Source: Candidatus Pacearchaeota archaeon (lineage in GTDB: Archaea > Nanobdellota > Nanobdellia > Pacearchaeales > GW2011-AR1). From it: 64,000 nucleotides of DNA. The stretch's first letter is position 1; the number at the start of each line of letters is the position of its first letter. Below, piece by piece: positions 27,537 through 37,681 of this stretch. A model generated the notes under the pieces. It ran no database searches. It was given only the letters and a program-made list of their open reading frames with translations, and had not been told where the DNA came from. The stretch covers positions 8,077-72,076 of the forward strand of contig JAGVXA010000006.1 in NCBI GenBank assembly GCA_018304025.1, given 5' to 3'. The translations under genes were made by a program, and so were the position numbers.

Positions 27537-28640
27537 TTGGATTATGGGACATATAATTATCAAATATTTGCGACTGATGATTCTGGGAATTTAAATTCAA
27601 CTGAACAAAGAATTATTACCGCTGGTGCTATCTATCCTATTTTTTCCAATTATAGCGACAACAATGCTTCTTTAACTGGAAGTGGAATTGGTTTGTTTAA
27701 TGTAACTGTATTAAACACAAATGGAACCGTCTGGCTTAGAATTAATAATACAAATTATACTGCTAGTAATTTAACTTCAAATATTTATAATGTTTCAGTA
27801 AATTTGACTTCAGGAATTTATAATTATACCTGGTATTCATATGGTAATGGTTCAACAAATCTGTTAAATAATTCTGAAACAAAATATTATACTGTGAATG
27901 CGACTTCTGTTACACCAACAACTGAAACTATTGCAGAATCCCCTAAATCTTCTTCAGGAGGGGGCGGAGGAAATTATATTTTAGAGCAGAATACAAAAAC
28001 AGAAGAATTGAGAATTAGAACTTGGATTTCACCAAATAAAACAGTGACTACAAAAATAAAAGAGGATAAAAGGACGGGAATAAAAGAAATTGAATTAAAA
28101 TCAAAGAACTGGCTTTCTGGGGCAATTTTAATTGTTGCGTACAACGAAACACCTGATTTCTGCTCAATTGAATACGGAGATGAACATAAAGTCTACAAAG
28201 TTCTTGATTTTAATAATACAATAAAAAGCAACTCAATTGATTCTGGAAGGTTGAAAATAGGAATACAAAAAAACTGGATTTATGGAAATAATATTTCAGA
28301 GATAAAATTTGTAAGATGCTATCCTCAGTATGAAGAAATGAAATCTTCTTATGAATCTGAAACTGATTCTGAAGGTATTTACAATGTTTATATTAGTGGT
28401 TTTTCAGCTTATGCTATTCTAGGAACTCTTGCAATAAATAAAAATAAGTCTACAAGTGAAGAAAAAAAGTGGAGTGCTGAATCTAAAAATTATAATTTAG
28501 ACAAGATATTTTTATGGATTCTAATAGGTGTTGTTATAATCGTATTGATTCTCCTTTTAGTAAAGCATAGAATCTATTTGAAAGAGAAAATTCATAGTAA
28601 ATTCTTTGATTTTGAGTTTAAGTTTAGAATTGGGAAGTAG
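27537..28640 (+). pseudogene. 3' fragment of the LamG surface protein (Ig-like region + C-terminal TM anchor), separated by a 55-nt deletion/frameshift
   Basis: The frame is open from 27501. NATAGLDYGTYNYQIFATDDSGNLNSTEQ parallels KNATAGLDYGIYTYQTFATNTSGSLNSTD of repeat 1 but in the -1 frame. No ATG or signal peptide; C-terminal anchor IFLWILIGVVIIVLILLLV. Confidence 0.6.
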
Positions 28641-28990
28641 CCAAAAAATATAAATTCAGGTCAGGGGAGCACCTAATTCCTATTTTCCCCAAAAATTTAA
28701 CTTAAATTTAGGAAATCTGCAGGGGTGTTTAACCAGTCATAAAAAATAAAAAATCAATTTTAAACCATAACTTTTTTAGTGAAAAAACCTTATCGTCGAT
28801 AAACCTCTCAGAAATCTCGTGCTAACCTTAACCTAAGGTTAAATATCTCGTGGGGACATTAATCTCCTCAATCAATTTTATTCACTTAAAATAATTATCA
28901 ATCATCCAAAACAATATCTTCAAAGGTTCTACAAGAGTTAGTATAAGATTATTAAATATCATGTTGGTAGAATTATAACTTTAGTTACAA

Positions 28991-30271
28991 TTAAAGTTTC
29001 TTAGCTTTGATTTCAATGCAGACACCAGCAGCAACTGTTGCACCAGCGTCTCTGATTGCAAAACGCGACATGTGAGGATTAACAGCCTGTGTTTCCAAAA
29101 CCAAGTTGCCCATTGGCTTGATTCTAACTTTAGCAACATCTTGGTTCTTCAAGAAATCAGGATTTGCTTGTTTCTTTCCGTCAGGATGAGTAACTTCAAT
29201 CAATTCAATAAATTGGCAAGGCACTTGCGCTGTGTGAACGTGGAATACTGGTGTGTAACCCTTTGCAATAACAGTCGGGTGATTAATAACAGCTACTTGC
29301 GCCACAAATTCTTCAACAACTGAAGGCGGGCTTGCAGCGTCGCAGATAACATCTCCACGAGCAATATCTTTCTTTCCAAGTCCTCGAACGTTAACACCAA
29401 CATTATCCCCCGGCTCAGCCTGAGTTAATTGTTCATGGTGCATTTCAATTGTTTTGACTTCTCCCAAAACTCCTGTTCCAGTTCTTCCCGGCAAGACTAT
29501 AATTTTTTGCCCTGGTTTCATAATTCCAGTTTCAATTTTTCCGACAGGAACAGTTCCAATTCCTGTAATTTCATAAGCATCCTGAACAGGCATTCTCAGA
29601 GGCAATTGCGTTGGTTTTTCAGGCATCTTGAAGTTATCCAATTGGTCCAATAATGTCGGTCCTTTGTACCAAGGCATTTTATCAGATTTCTTAGTAAGAT
29701 TTTCTCCCTTCAATCCAGATATAGGAATAAATGTAACTCCGTCTGTTTTATAGCCAGCTTCATTCAAGATTTTAGAAACATCTGCAACAACTTTTTTGAA
29801 AACATCTTCTTTGTAATCAGCTGTGTCCATTTTGTTTACAAGAACAGCAACTTCTCCAACACCCATTGTTCTCAAAAGCCAAACGTGTTCCTTTGTCTGT
29901 GGCTGGACTCCTTCTTTTGCAGCAACGCACAAGAATGCAGCGTCTGCCTGTGAAGCTCCAGTAATCATGTTCTTGATAAAGTCTCTGTGTCCAGGCGCGT
30001 CAATGATTGTGACTTCATATTTGTTCGTCGGCAATTTCTGGTAGGACAAGTCAATAGTAACTCCTCTTTCTCTTTCTTCCTTGAATCTGTCCATGAAGTA
30101 TGCGAATTCAAAACCAATTTTTCCGTGCTTTTCAGCCTCTGCTTTTAACTTGTCTAAATTCTGTTGTGTAAGCTTGCCGCTAAGAAACATCAAGTGTCCA
30201 ATTGTAGTGGACTTTCCGTGGTCTACGTGTCCAACGAATGCTACGTTGATAACAGGTTTTTGCTTCGCCAT
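28991..30271 (-). CDS. tuf: translation elongation factor aEF-1alpha
   Basis: [30 protein letters not shown]; 426 aa archaeal/eukaryotic type. Confidence 0.95.
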   Translation of the reverse strand: MAKQKPVINVAFVGHVDHGKSTTIGHLMFLSGKLTQQNLDKLKAEAEKHGKIGFEFAYFMDRFKEERERGVTIDLSYQKLPTNKYEVTIIDAPGHRDFIKNMITGASQADAAFLCVAAKEGVQPQTKEHVWLLRTMGVGEVAVLVNKMDTADYKEDVFKKVVADVSKILNEAGYKTDGVTFIPISGLKGENLTKKSDKMPWYKGPTLLDQLDNFKMPEKPTQLPLRMPVQDAYEITGIGTVPVGKIETGIMKPGQKIIVLPGRTGTGVLGEVKTIEMHHEQLTQAEPGDNVGVNVRGLGKKDIARGDVICDAASPPSVVEEFVAQVAVINHPTVIAKGYTPVFHVHTAQVPCQFIELIEVTHPDGKKQANPDFLKNQDVAKVRIKPMGNLVLETQAVNPHMSRFAIRDAGATVAAGVCIEIKAKKL

Positions 30272-30458
30272 TGTAATCTGTCTTATTTTTTCGGGTATTT
30301 AAACATTTCGTTTTCTATGGGAAATAAATATTTTTTTATTCTGTCGTCGGTAAAATTATTAATTTCCCGTTGACAATTAATCAGAAATTTATCTTGACTC
30401 AAGGTTTATCGACTTGTTGTAATTTAGAAGTATTATCAATTGCAAGAATACTTAAATA

Positions 30459-31742
30459 ATGCTATTAGTTACCCAAAGCATGGGCGGAGAAAATGAAAAT
30501 TTAAGGCAGGCGGTTGCAAGAATGACTCTCGAAAATATTTCATTAAGGGAAGATATGGAAGCAGAAAGAAAATTCAGAGATAAAATAGCTTCAGCCGGTC
30601 ATTCGACTTTTTCTATAGATGAATTTTTTGGAACTATATTTGAAGAGGTATTAAATTTAATGAATTCTTCAAGAGGTTCAATCGCTTTAATGAGTCAGAA
30701 TCCTTTAGACGAAAAGAACCAATTTTATTTGGTAGCTTTTAATGGCGTTAATGACAGGAGCGTCGGCACAAGATTAATAAGTTTTGACGAAGGAGAAAAA
30801 ATTAGGCAAGCCTTGTCTTTTGGACAAAGTTTGACAATTAATGATATACGTCGTGGGCACTACACAAGTTCTATGATTCGACCTTTTTATCTTGGAGATA
30901 AGCCTGTAGGAGCAATTTGCATTTCAAATAAAAAAGACGGCAAGGATTTTAACAGCCAAGATGAGTCTAAATTAGGAAATTGTGTGGCAGAAATAGAGGG
31001 GCAAATTAAAAATATAAACGCAAAGCGGGAAGGGTTTTTTAATTTCCTTACTTGTGTCGAAGCAAGAGATTTCTACACGGCAGTTCATTCTGTAAGAGTC
31101 GGAGCTCTTGCCAGAATAATTGCAGATGAACTTAGAATGAACGTGCGGGAACAGAGAATTATAGAAGAGTACGGCTGTTTGCACGATCTTGGAAAGCTGG
31201 CTATACCTGATGCGATTTTATTAAAAGAAGGCAAACTGGACGAAAAAGAATACGAGTGGATGAAAGAGCATCCTGCTCGGGGAGTGCACATGCTTGGGAG
31301 AAGCAGCGATACAAATACAACCGACATTGGAATAGGAATTGTAGGATTCCACCACGAAAGATGGGACGGAACAGGTTATCCTAAGCGAATTTCAGGAGAA
31401 GAAATTCCTTACGAAGCGAGAATAATTGCTGTTGCAGATGCATTTGATGCCATGAACAGTAATCGAACCTACAGACAAAGACTAGAGGCTCAGCAGATTC
31501 AGAGAATACTTAGTGAAAATAAGGAAACTCAATTTGACAGGCATCTCTCTCAATTATTTCTGGATGTGCTGCCAAGCATAGTCTACACTCAAATTAACGA
31601 CGGAGAAGCCGGATCACTCTTTCACAGCCCCTTTTGCGGGCAAACAATGAGAATTCTCCCTGGAGAATTTGTAGCAACAACAAGACATCGTTCCGAAAAA
31701 TTTAAAGGTTATTTTCCTTGTCCAGATTGCCTCGGAGATTAA
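30459..31742 (+). CDS. GAF + HD-GYP domain protein with C-terminal Cys4 zinc-ribbon-like tail
   Basis: HSVRV...LHDLGKLAIPD...HHERWDGTGYPKR (HD-GYP signature). The N-terminal GAF-like region contains SSRGSIALM...GAICISNKKDG. C-terminal CGQ...CPDC. Confidence 0.85.
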   Translation: MLLVTQSMGGENENLRQAVARMTLENISLREDMEAERKFRDKIASAGHSTFSIDEFFGTIFEEVLNLMNSSRGSIALMSQNPLDEKNQFYLVAFNGVNDRSVGTRLISFDEGEKIRQALSFGQSLTINDIRRGHYTSSMIRPFYLGDKPVGAICISNKKDGKDFNSQDESKLGNCVAEIEGQIKNINAKREGFFNFLTCVEARDFYTAVHSVRVGALARIIADELRMNVREQRIIEEYGCLHDLGKLAIPDAILLKEGKLDEKEYEWMKEHPARGVHMLGRSSDTNTTDIGIGIVGFHHERWDGTGYPKRISGEEIPYEARIIAVADAFDAMNSNRTYRQRLEAQQIQRILSENKETQFDRHLSQLFLDVLPSIVYTQINDGEAGSLFHSPFCGQTMRILPGEFVATTRHRSEKFKGYFPCPDCLGD

Positions 31743-31771
31743 CTATTTATCTACTCTAACGTCGGTAAAAT

Positions 31772-31942
31772 TCATTTCTCTCTAGAAACAGTTACTAATT
31801 CTGTTACGACTGCAAGAATCAATGCCGCTAAAGACAAATTAATATCAAAGGAATTAAAACAAGCCGTATTCAACGATTTCAATCCAATAAATGAAATAAC
31901 AGCAAAATTAATTACTAAACTCAAAACCCTTAATGATTTCAT
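31772..31942 (-). CDS. small membrane protein (56 aa)
   Basis: MKSLRVLSLVINFAVISFIGL...; its ATG immediately follows the stop of the upstream 31-aa ORF. ORF only. Confidence 0.3.
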   Translation of the reverse strand: MKSLRVLSLVINFAVISFIGLKSLNTACFNSFDINLSLAALILAVVTELVTVSREK

Positions 31943-32038
31943 TTAGATTATTCCAAATCCTCTTAATGTCAATGCAATTATAATAATAACTCCAAGTATC
32001 CATAACAAAATATCTATCCAACTCATCTTCTTTTTCAT
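31943..32038 (-). CDS. small membrane peptide (31 aa)
   Basis: MKKKMSWIDILLWILGVIIIIALTLRGFGII; ORF only. Confidence 0.25.
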   Translation of the reverse strand: MKKKMSWIDILLWILGVIIIIALTLRGFGII

Positions 32039-32079
32039 AACTAATTAGCGTACCAAAAGTATTTATAATTACTGATTCT

Positions 32080-32427
32080 CTAATCTTTTCCAGAGCTTAC
32101 TCTGAATTCCGCAACTTCCCCAATTATTTCTAACTTCCTGTCGGCTTGGGGAAGTCTATAAACATCCAGATTGCTCTCTCCATAATATCTTTGAGCCTCT
32201 TCTAATAATCTTGAAGGACTATCTGCCTGCCCGCAAAACACGCCTTTATGGAAAGCAACGCCGCTGCCAGCATAGTATCTTTTGAATCCGCCGCTATTCA
32301 GCCGCACAAGAAAACTGGCGTCGTTGACTTCTGTCCCGCTGCCAATCTCGTCATACTTTGAAAGTTCTCCGTGGCTAAATAAAAAATTCCGAAGGTCTAC
32401 TTTTTTGATGTCCTCGTCTGCAGCCAT
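32080..32427 (-). CDS. hypothetical protein
   Basis: 115-aa ORF, no motif recognised. Confidence 0.45.
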   Translation of the reverse strand: MAADEDIKKVDLRNFLFSHGELSKYDEIGSGTEVNDASFLVRLNSGGFKRYYAGSGVAFHKGVFCGQADSPSRLLEEAQRYYGESNLDVYRLPQADRKLEIIGEVAEFRVSSGKD

Positions 32428-32532
32428 AAATAACTTTTTCTCAAGAAGTTAATAAATATTTATGTTCTCGGGTTTACTGATTCTCCGCCAACCAACCAAA
32501 AAAATTATATACTTAAAAAACATAAACTCGTC

Positions 32533-32769
32533 ATGGAAGAACAAAGAATCGTAATAAATCAAAAAGTTATGGCAGGCAAGCCAATTATCAGGGGAACACG
32601 AATTCCTGTTGATTTAATAGTCAGACTTATGGCGCAAGGTTCAACAATTAACGAGATAATCGAAGATTATCCCAATCTAACTAAAGAAGATATCAAAGCA
32701 GCATTATTATACGCGGCACTAATAGCAAAAGGGGAAACAATATTTCCAATAAAAGCGGAAGATGATTAG
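32533..32769 (+). CDS. DUF433-family antitoxin-like protein
   Basis: MAGKPIIRGTRIPVDLIVRLMAQG...DYPNLTKEDIKAAL is the DUF433 signature. Confidence 0.75.
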   Translation: MEEQRIVINQKVMAGKPIIRGTRIPVDLIVRLMAQGSTINEIIEDYPNLTKEDIKAALLYAALIAKGETIFPIKAEDD

Positions 32770-33115
32770 GTTCTTAGTCGATGAATGCTCCGGCAGCAAA
32801 GTTTTTGAAATGCTTAAAGAAAAAGGATATGACGCAAAATTTGTTTCCGAAATAATGTCTGGCGCATCTGACGAAGAAGTTCTTGAATTTGCAGAGAAAG
32901 AAAATAGAATTCTTATCACAAACGACAAAGATTTCGGAGAATTAATATTCAGGTTAAGAATGCCCTCGTCTGGTGTTATTCTGTTTAGATTAAACCTCGA
33001 CACATCAAAACAAAAAATAAAATATTTATCTTATTTGCTCGAAAACTTTCAAGATAAACTGCAGGAAAATTTTGTTGTGATTACCGAAGGACAGGTTAGA
33101 ATAAGGAAGATTTGA
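32762..33115 (+). CDS. DUF5615/PIN-like (Mut7-C-like) putative toxin
   Basis: FLVDECSG...ILITNDKDFGEL; 8-nt overlap with the DUF433 gene, the usual pairing. Confidence 0.7.
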   Translation: MIRFLVDECSGSKVFEMLKEKGYDAKFVSEIMSGASDEEVLEFAEKENRILITNDKDFGELIFRLRMPSSGVILFRLNLDTSKQKIKYLSYLLENFQDKLQENFVVITEGQVRIRKI

Positions 33116-36100
33116 TTACTGATTCTCCGCGAGCCCCTTTCTATCCCTAATCTTCCTAACAACATTAATCTGCAATTCCCGAGGCAATCTCTGGAATTCC
33201 TGATCCGCCAGAGAAGAAACTCCTCTCCCCTCAGTAGCAGAACGTAAATCATTAGACCATCCAATCATTTCTGCGACAGGAATTTTAGCGACGATAATTG
33301 TATCCGAGCCTTCCTGCTGCGCGTCAAGTATAACTCCTCTCTTGCTTCCGACCAACTGCGTGGCAGCGCCCATAAATTCCATCGGCACTTCAATTCTGTG
33401 AGTCTGAATTGGTTCAAAAATTGAAGCTCCGCCATTCTTCATCGTCTCAAACATTCCCTGTCTTACAGCCGGATAAATCTGCGCAGGTCCTCGATGCATG
33501 TGGTCAACGTGCAATTTAGCGTCGTGCAAAACAAATTTCGTGTTCATCAACGGCTCTTTAGCCAAGGGTCCTGCGTCGACAACCATTTCCCAGCCGTCCA
33601 TTACAGAATCAATTACTTCGCTGAGCAAAACAAGCCCTCTTGTTCTGTCTTCGAAAACATTTCCTTTGTAAATTTCCCGATACTGCCGCGCCTCTTCGTT
33701 GCTTACCCCCAGCTCAGATAATTTCTTCCACGTTATTTCAGCCCTTTTCTTCAATCTTTCTTCAGGCAAGTCGCCGTTTTCAATCGCCTTGAAAACTTCC
33801 GGCTCCAACGGCTCAATCGTAAAGAAGAAAATATTATGCCCGTTCGGAGTTCTGACTTCCACTTCTTTGCTCGGTCCTGCAACAGTTTCTCTGTAAACAA
33901 CAATCGGCTGTCCTGTCTTGACTTCAAGTCCTTTCTCGCTCTTGATTCTTCCCTCGATAATTTCCAAATGGAGCTCTCCCATTCCGGAAATTAAATTCTC
34001 CCCCGTCTCTTCATTAATTTCGATTTTAATCGACGGATCTTCTTTTCCAACCTTTCGAAGCACTTCAATTAATTTCGGCAAGTCAGCGGAACGGGTAGCT
34101 TCAATAGACTTGGTAATAACTGGCTGGAACAAATGCCTTATTTCTTCAAACGCAGTTTGAGGTTCCTCAGTTATAGTATCTCCGACGTCAACATTCAGTC
34201 CTGTAATCGCAAGAACATTTCCGGCAGGAACTTCTTCCAACTGCTCTGGCTTGATTCCGTTGTAAACGAGAACTTGCTGAATCCTGTATTTTTTCTTTAC
34301 AGTATTAGAATAAACTTCCATTCCGTTTTTCAAAGTTCCGGAATATAATCTTCCCGCGCAAATTTCTTTTCCAGAACGCGGATCAATTACAATATTCGTG
34401 ATTACAAAACCAACTTCTCCACTTTCGTCGCAATGAAGCAAGTCTTTTCCAAATTTGCTTTCAATATCCCCTCTCCAAATTTTTGGAATCCTGTATTTTT
34501 GCGCGTCAACAGGATTCGGCAGGTGCTTTACAGCCATGTCAAGAATAACTTCATTCAACGGAGCATTTTCCTGAGCCCATTTCTTTCTTTCTGCTTCTCC
34601 CAAAGTCTCGTCGTAAATTTTGTAAATGTCCTTGAAGCTGACATTTTTCTTTTTCATGAACGGCATGGACAAAGCCCAGTTGTCTCTCGCAGAGCCGAAA
34701 GCAACACTTCCGTCCATAACATTAACTTTCCATTTCTCTTTGTATTCTTGCTCGGCAATTCTCATAATCAGGTTGTTAAAATCATTGATAATTTTCATAA
34801 ACCTCTCCTGCATTTGTTCAGGAGTTAGCTTTAATTCTTTAATCAGTCTGTCAACTTTGTTGATAAATAAAATCGGTTTTACTCTTTCCCTTAATGCTTG
34901 TTTCAAAACAGTTTCAGTCTGGGGCATTATTCCTTCTGATGCGCAGACAAGAACGAAGGTTCCGTCAATAGCTCTCATGGCTCTCGTAACGTTTCCGCTG
35001 AAGTCAACGTGCCCCGGCGTGTCAATTAAATTAATTAAATATTCCTGTCCTTGGTACGAGTGCCCCATCGAAACATTCGCAGCGTCGACAGTCATCAGTC
35101 TTTCCTGCTCGTCAGAATGCTGCCACGTCGTCATTCCTTCTTCCAAGTCCCCTGCATTTTTCGAAGCCATCATTCCGGCTGCAGCTAAAAGGTTGTCAGT
35201 AAACGCCGTGTTATGAATAACCATTCCTTCTGCAATAAAATTATGTGTTTCAGGAACAGTAAAATCGTAAACAACATTCTCAAATCCCGATTCTATTTTC
35301 TTTACCTCGATATAAGCAAGTTCCTCACTGGCAAATTCCTTTAATCTTTTGTTCATCAGCATGACTTGGTTGCCAACTTTGATTGTATCACACACATTAC
35401 TTCCGCCGACTTTTGAAACCAGGATTTTTAATTTTTCTATTTTTTCTTTTAATCCAAAACCAATATTTCTCTCAAAATTTATCGCAGAGATTCCAGATAT
35501 TGACAGCGTGTTATCTTTTTCTTTAATTGAAACACAGCCAAATCTCAATAATAGCAAATGCAAATCATCAATCATTTTTTTGCTTACTGAAGATATTGTA
35601 ACAGCTCTTCTCGATTTTTCAACGCATCCGTCTGTATCAAAATACCCTCTCAATAATTGCGCAACATAAACATTTTCATTTGCCAGGACAAAATCTGAGA
35701 TTTTAATATTATGAGATTTTTGTTTTAATGGATAATCAAACAAGCTGTTAAACATTTCAATAAGAGTTAAGTTCGTATGTATCTCAGGAGTTCTGTCTCG
35801 ATTATCAACTCTCTTGGTCTCAAAACCAAGATTTTTGCATATCTCCTGTACTTTATCTGCAAGTTGTTCTTTTCCAGCAATAAATTTTTTTCCAGAGCCG
35901 TCTCCGAGGAATAATCCAGCCAAGTAAAAAAACTCTTCAAAATTCTGCGGCAATTTCATAAAAAGAGAATTCTGCCCTCGCTGTTTTCCTGTTCTAAAAT
36001 AAATCACATCTATCATGTCATACATCTCTTCAGCCCCGATATTAAACAATCCAGAAATCTCCAGCAATTCTTTTAACGGATACCGATTTTGCCAGATTCC

Positions 36101-36733
36101 ATGATAAAACGATTTGATTTTTATAGACGTTTTTATATTCTCAATTCCATGCTCAAGGATTTTCTTTTTAAAATTCTCAGCAAAATCTTTTTTTAATTTA
36201 GCATAAAAATTCTTTTGAGAAAGATTATTTAAAATAGATTCCTTGATTTTTAAATTACTCTCGTATTTAATCGTGCGCGGGCATACAACCCTTTCTCCAA
36301 TTTTAATATCTTTCGCTTCAACATCTTCAAAACCTTCTCTAAAAACAATATATTTATGTTCGGGAGTCGTCGTTATCTCAAAACCATTTCGCAAGGTTAT
36401 CTTCAGCGTTTCTCCCCCGCAAAGTCTCCACGCAAATTGAATTGGCTTCTTTTCTATTTTTCTTGTTTCCTTATTAAGCGAGAATATACTTAATTCTTTT
36501 TTAGGAGTAAAAATTACATACTCTTCATTTTCTTCTTTTACTATTCCAGATTTAGCAACTTCTTCAAATATCTCTCGGGCAGTTCTCATACGCCCATCAG
36601 CCAAGAGCACTCTTGAGTTTTCACTAATGCATTTGCCGTGGTGAATGTGCGCGCTCGTCGCTACGTTTCTGATGTTCTTCTGATTGGTTGTCAATCGTTT
36701 AATCTTCGCTAAACTTGTTTCTTTTTCTGCCAT
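33116..36733 (-). CDS. fusA: translation elongation factor aEF-2 containing an intein
   Basis: Exteins NVATSAHIHHGK | TAFTDNLLAAAG, DTPGHVDF, NKVDR, and domains II-V through ...HRGPAQIYPA...GWSNDLRSATEGR. 1205 aa, against about 730 expected without the intein. Confidence 0.95.
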   Translation of the reverse strand: MAEKETSLAKIKRLTTNQKNIRNVATSAHIHHGKCISENSRVLLADGRMRTAREIFEEVAKSGIVKEENEEYVIFTPKKELSIFSLNKETRKIEKKPIQFAWRLCGGETLKITLRNGFEITTTPEHKYIVFREGFEDVEAKDIKIGERVVCPRTIKYESNLKIKESILNNLSQKNFYAKLKKDFAENFKKKILEHGIENIKTSIKIKSFYHGIWQNRYPLKELLEISGLFNIGAEEMYDMIDVIYFRTGKQRGQNSLFMKLPQNFEEFFYLAGLFLGDGSGKKFIAGKEQLADKVQEICKNLGFETKRVDNRDRTPEIHTNLTLIEMFNSLFDYPLKQKSHNIKISDFVLANENVYVAQLLRGYFDTDGCVEKSRRAVTISSVSKKMIDDLHLLLLRFGCVSIKEKDNTLSISGISAINFERNIGFGLKEKIEKLKILVSKVGGSNVCDTIKVGNQVMLMNKRLKEFASEELAYIEVKKIESGFENVVYDFTVPETHNFIAEGMVIHNTAFTDNLLAAAGMMASKNAGDLEEGMTTWQHSDEQERLMTVDAANVSMGHSYQGQEYLINLIDTPGHVDFSGNVTRAMRAIDGTFVLVCASEGIMPQTETVLKQALRERVKPILFINKVDRLIKELKLTPEQMQERFMKIINDFNNLIMRIAEQEYKEKWKVNVMDGSVAFGSARDNWALSMPFMKKKNVSFKDIYKIYDETLGEAERKKWAQENAPLNEVILDMAVKHLPNPVDAQKYRIPKIWRGDIESKFGKDLLHCDESGEVGFVITNIVIDPRSGKEICAGRLYSGTLKNGMEVYSNTVKKKYRIQQVLVYNGIKPEQLEEVPAGNVLAITGLNVDVGDTITEEPQTAFEEIRHLFQPVITKSIEATRSADLPKLIEVLRKVGKEDPSIKIEINEETGENLISGMGELHLEIIEGRIKSEKGLEVKTGQPIVVYRETVAGPSKEVEVRTPNGHNIFFFTIEPLEPEVFKAIENGDLPEERLKKRAEITWKKLSELGVSNEEARQYREIYKGNVFEDRTRGLVLLSEVIDSVMDGWEMVVDAGPLAKEPLMNTKFVLHDAKLHVDHMHRGPAQIYPAVRQGMFETMKNGGASIFEPIQTHRIEVPMEFMGAATQLVGSKRGVILDAQQEGSDTIIVAKIPVAEMIGWSNDLRSATEGRGVSSLADQEFQRLPRELQINVVRKIRDRKGLAENQ
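35210..36631 (-). mobile_element. intein (474 aa) with LAGLIDADG homing endonuclease, inserted in the EF-2 P-loop (GHxxHGK/T)
   Basis: Starts CISENSRVLLADG (block A), TTTPEHKY (block B, TxxH), LAGLFLGDGSG and LRGYFDTDGCV (endonuclease), and ends VYDFTVPETHNFIAEGMVIHN followed by the +1 Thr. Confidence 0.85.
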
Positions 36734-36874
36734 TTTATCTCGAATATTTTGTTATCACAAATATGGTTTTTAAACTTGATGTTTCCAGGATTGTCGCAGA
36801 TGTCGAATTAAATAATAACGTCGCATGACGAGGATTATACAAAGATACTTAAATATTAATGATATAATTTTAGA

Positions 36875-37675
36875 ATGGCTAAGAAAGAGAGCGCAAAAAG
36901 AGGGTATGTGACACGTGCAGAGATTGAGAGCCATATAAACAATAAAAAGATTTCACCCGAAGAAAAAAGAAAATATTTGGCACGATTTCTGAAACATAAA
37001 AATCTTCTTTCAAATAACACTCGAAAAGAAGTCTTGAAAATGTATGGAGATTTAATGAATGAACACGCAGAAAAACTTATGGAAAGAAATATCTTTTGGA
37101 TGAATCATACAGATTATTATTCTGACGGAGCTAAAGATTATTTGGTTGCTGCAAGAGCTTATGAAGAGGCAGGGGAATTAAAAAAAGCAGAAATAGCATA
37201 TCTTCACGCGTCGACTTACGGAACGGATGCCCTCAATGGTGAAGATAGGTCAACAAGAAAGGAAAGTCTTCCTCACAGAGACGATGTAGAACAAGCTACG
37301 AATAAATTTCGTGAATTACATGGGCCGACAAAATTTTACACAAAGAAATTTATGGCTTTTCTTGATTCTGTCGAGCATAAAAAAGGTTATGAAGGTTTAA
37401 GGAAAGCAGAAGAAGAGTTTCAAAAATCAGGAGAGGAGTTATTTGAAAAGCCACATACTAAACGAGATAAGAAAAAGAAAGACTTAGATTCTCTTCTTTC
37501 TTTAATTATTTCAATTGCAGGACTTGGTGCGGGAATATTTTTTTTATCTTCTAATCTAACTGGAAATGTTACTGGAAACCTAAATCCCACTTCTTCAAAC
37601 GGAATTGGAATAATTTTATTTATTATCGGAATAGTTGGAGCATTTGTTTATTTCAGAAAAAATAGAATTTCTTAA
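36875..37675 (+). CDS. hypothetical tail-anchored membrane protein
   Basis: Charged helical N-terminal part and two C-terminal TM helices; ORF only. Confidence 0.5.
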   Translation: MAKKESAKRGYVTRAEIESHINNKKISPEEKRKYLARFLKHKNLLSNNTRKEVLKMYGDLMNEHAEKLMERNIFWMNHTDYYSDGAKDYLVAARAYEEAGELKKAEIAYLHASTYGTDALNGEDRSTRKESLPHRDDVEQATNKFRELHGPTKFYTKKFMAFLDSVEHKKGYEGLRKAEEEFQKSGEELFEKPHTKRDKKKKDLDSLLSLIISIAGLGAGIFFLSSNLTGNVTGNLNPTSSNGIGIILFIIGIVGAFVYFRKNRIS

Positions 37676-37681
37676 TCTTCA

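Noticed and set aside
27501-27540. Programmed -1 ribosomal frameshift joining the two LamG ORFs.
   Set aside because: There is no X XXY YYZ slippery heptamer in the zero frame before the TAA (the context is TAT GCT TAA). Comparison with repeat unit 1 shows a 55-nt deletion, which is a simpler explanation.
25415-28865. A CRISPR array or other regularly spaced repeat array among the G-rich motifs.
   Set aside because: The copies are few, degenerate, irregularly spaced and separated by a 3-kb coding block. No repeat-spacer periodicity was seen anywhere in the window.
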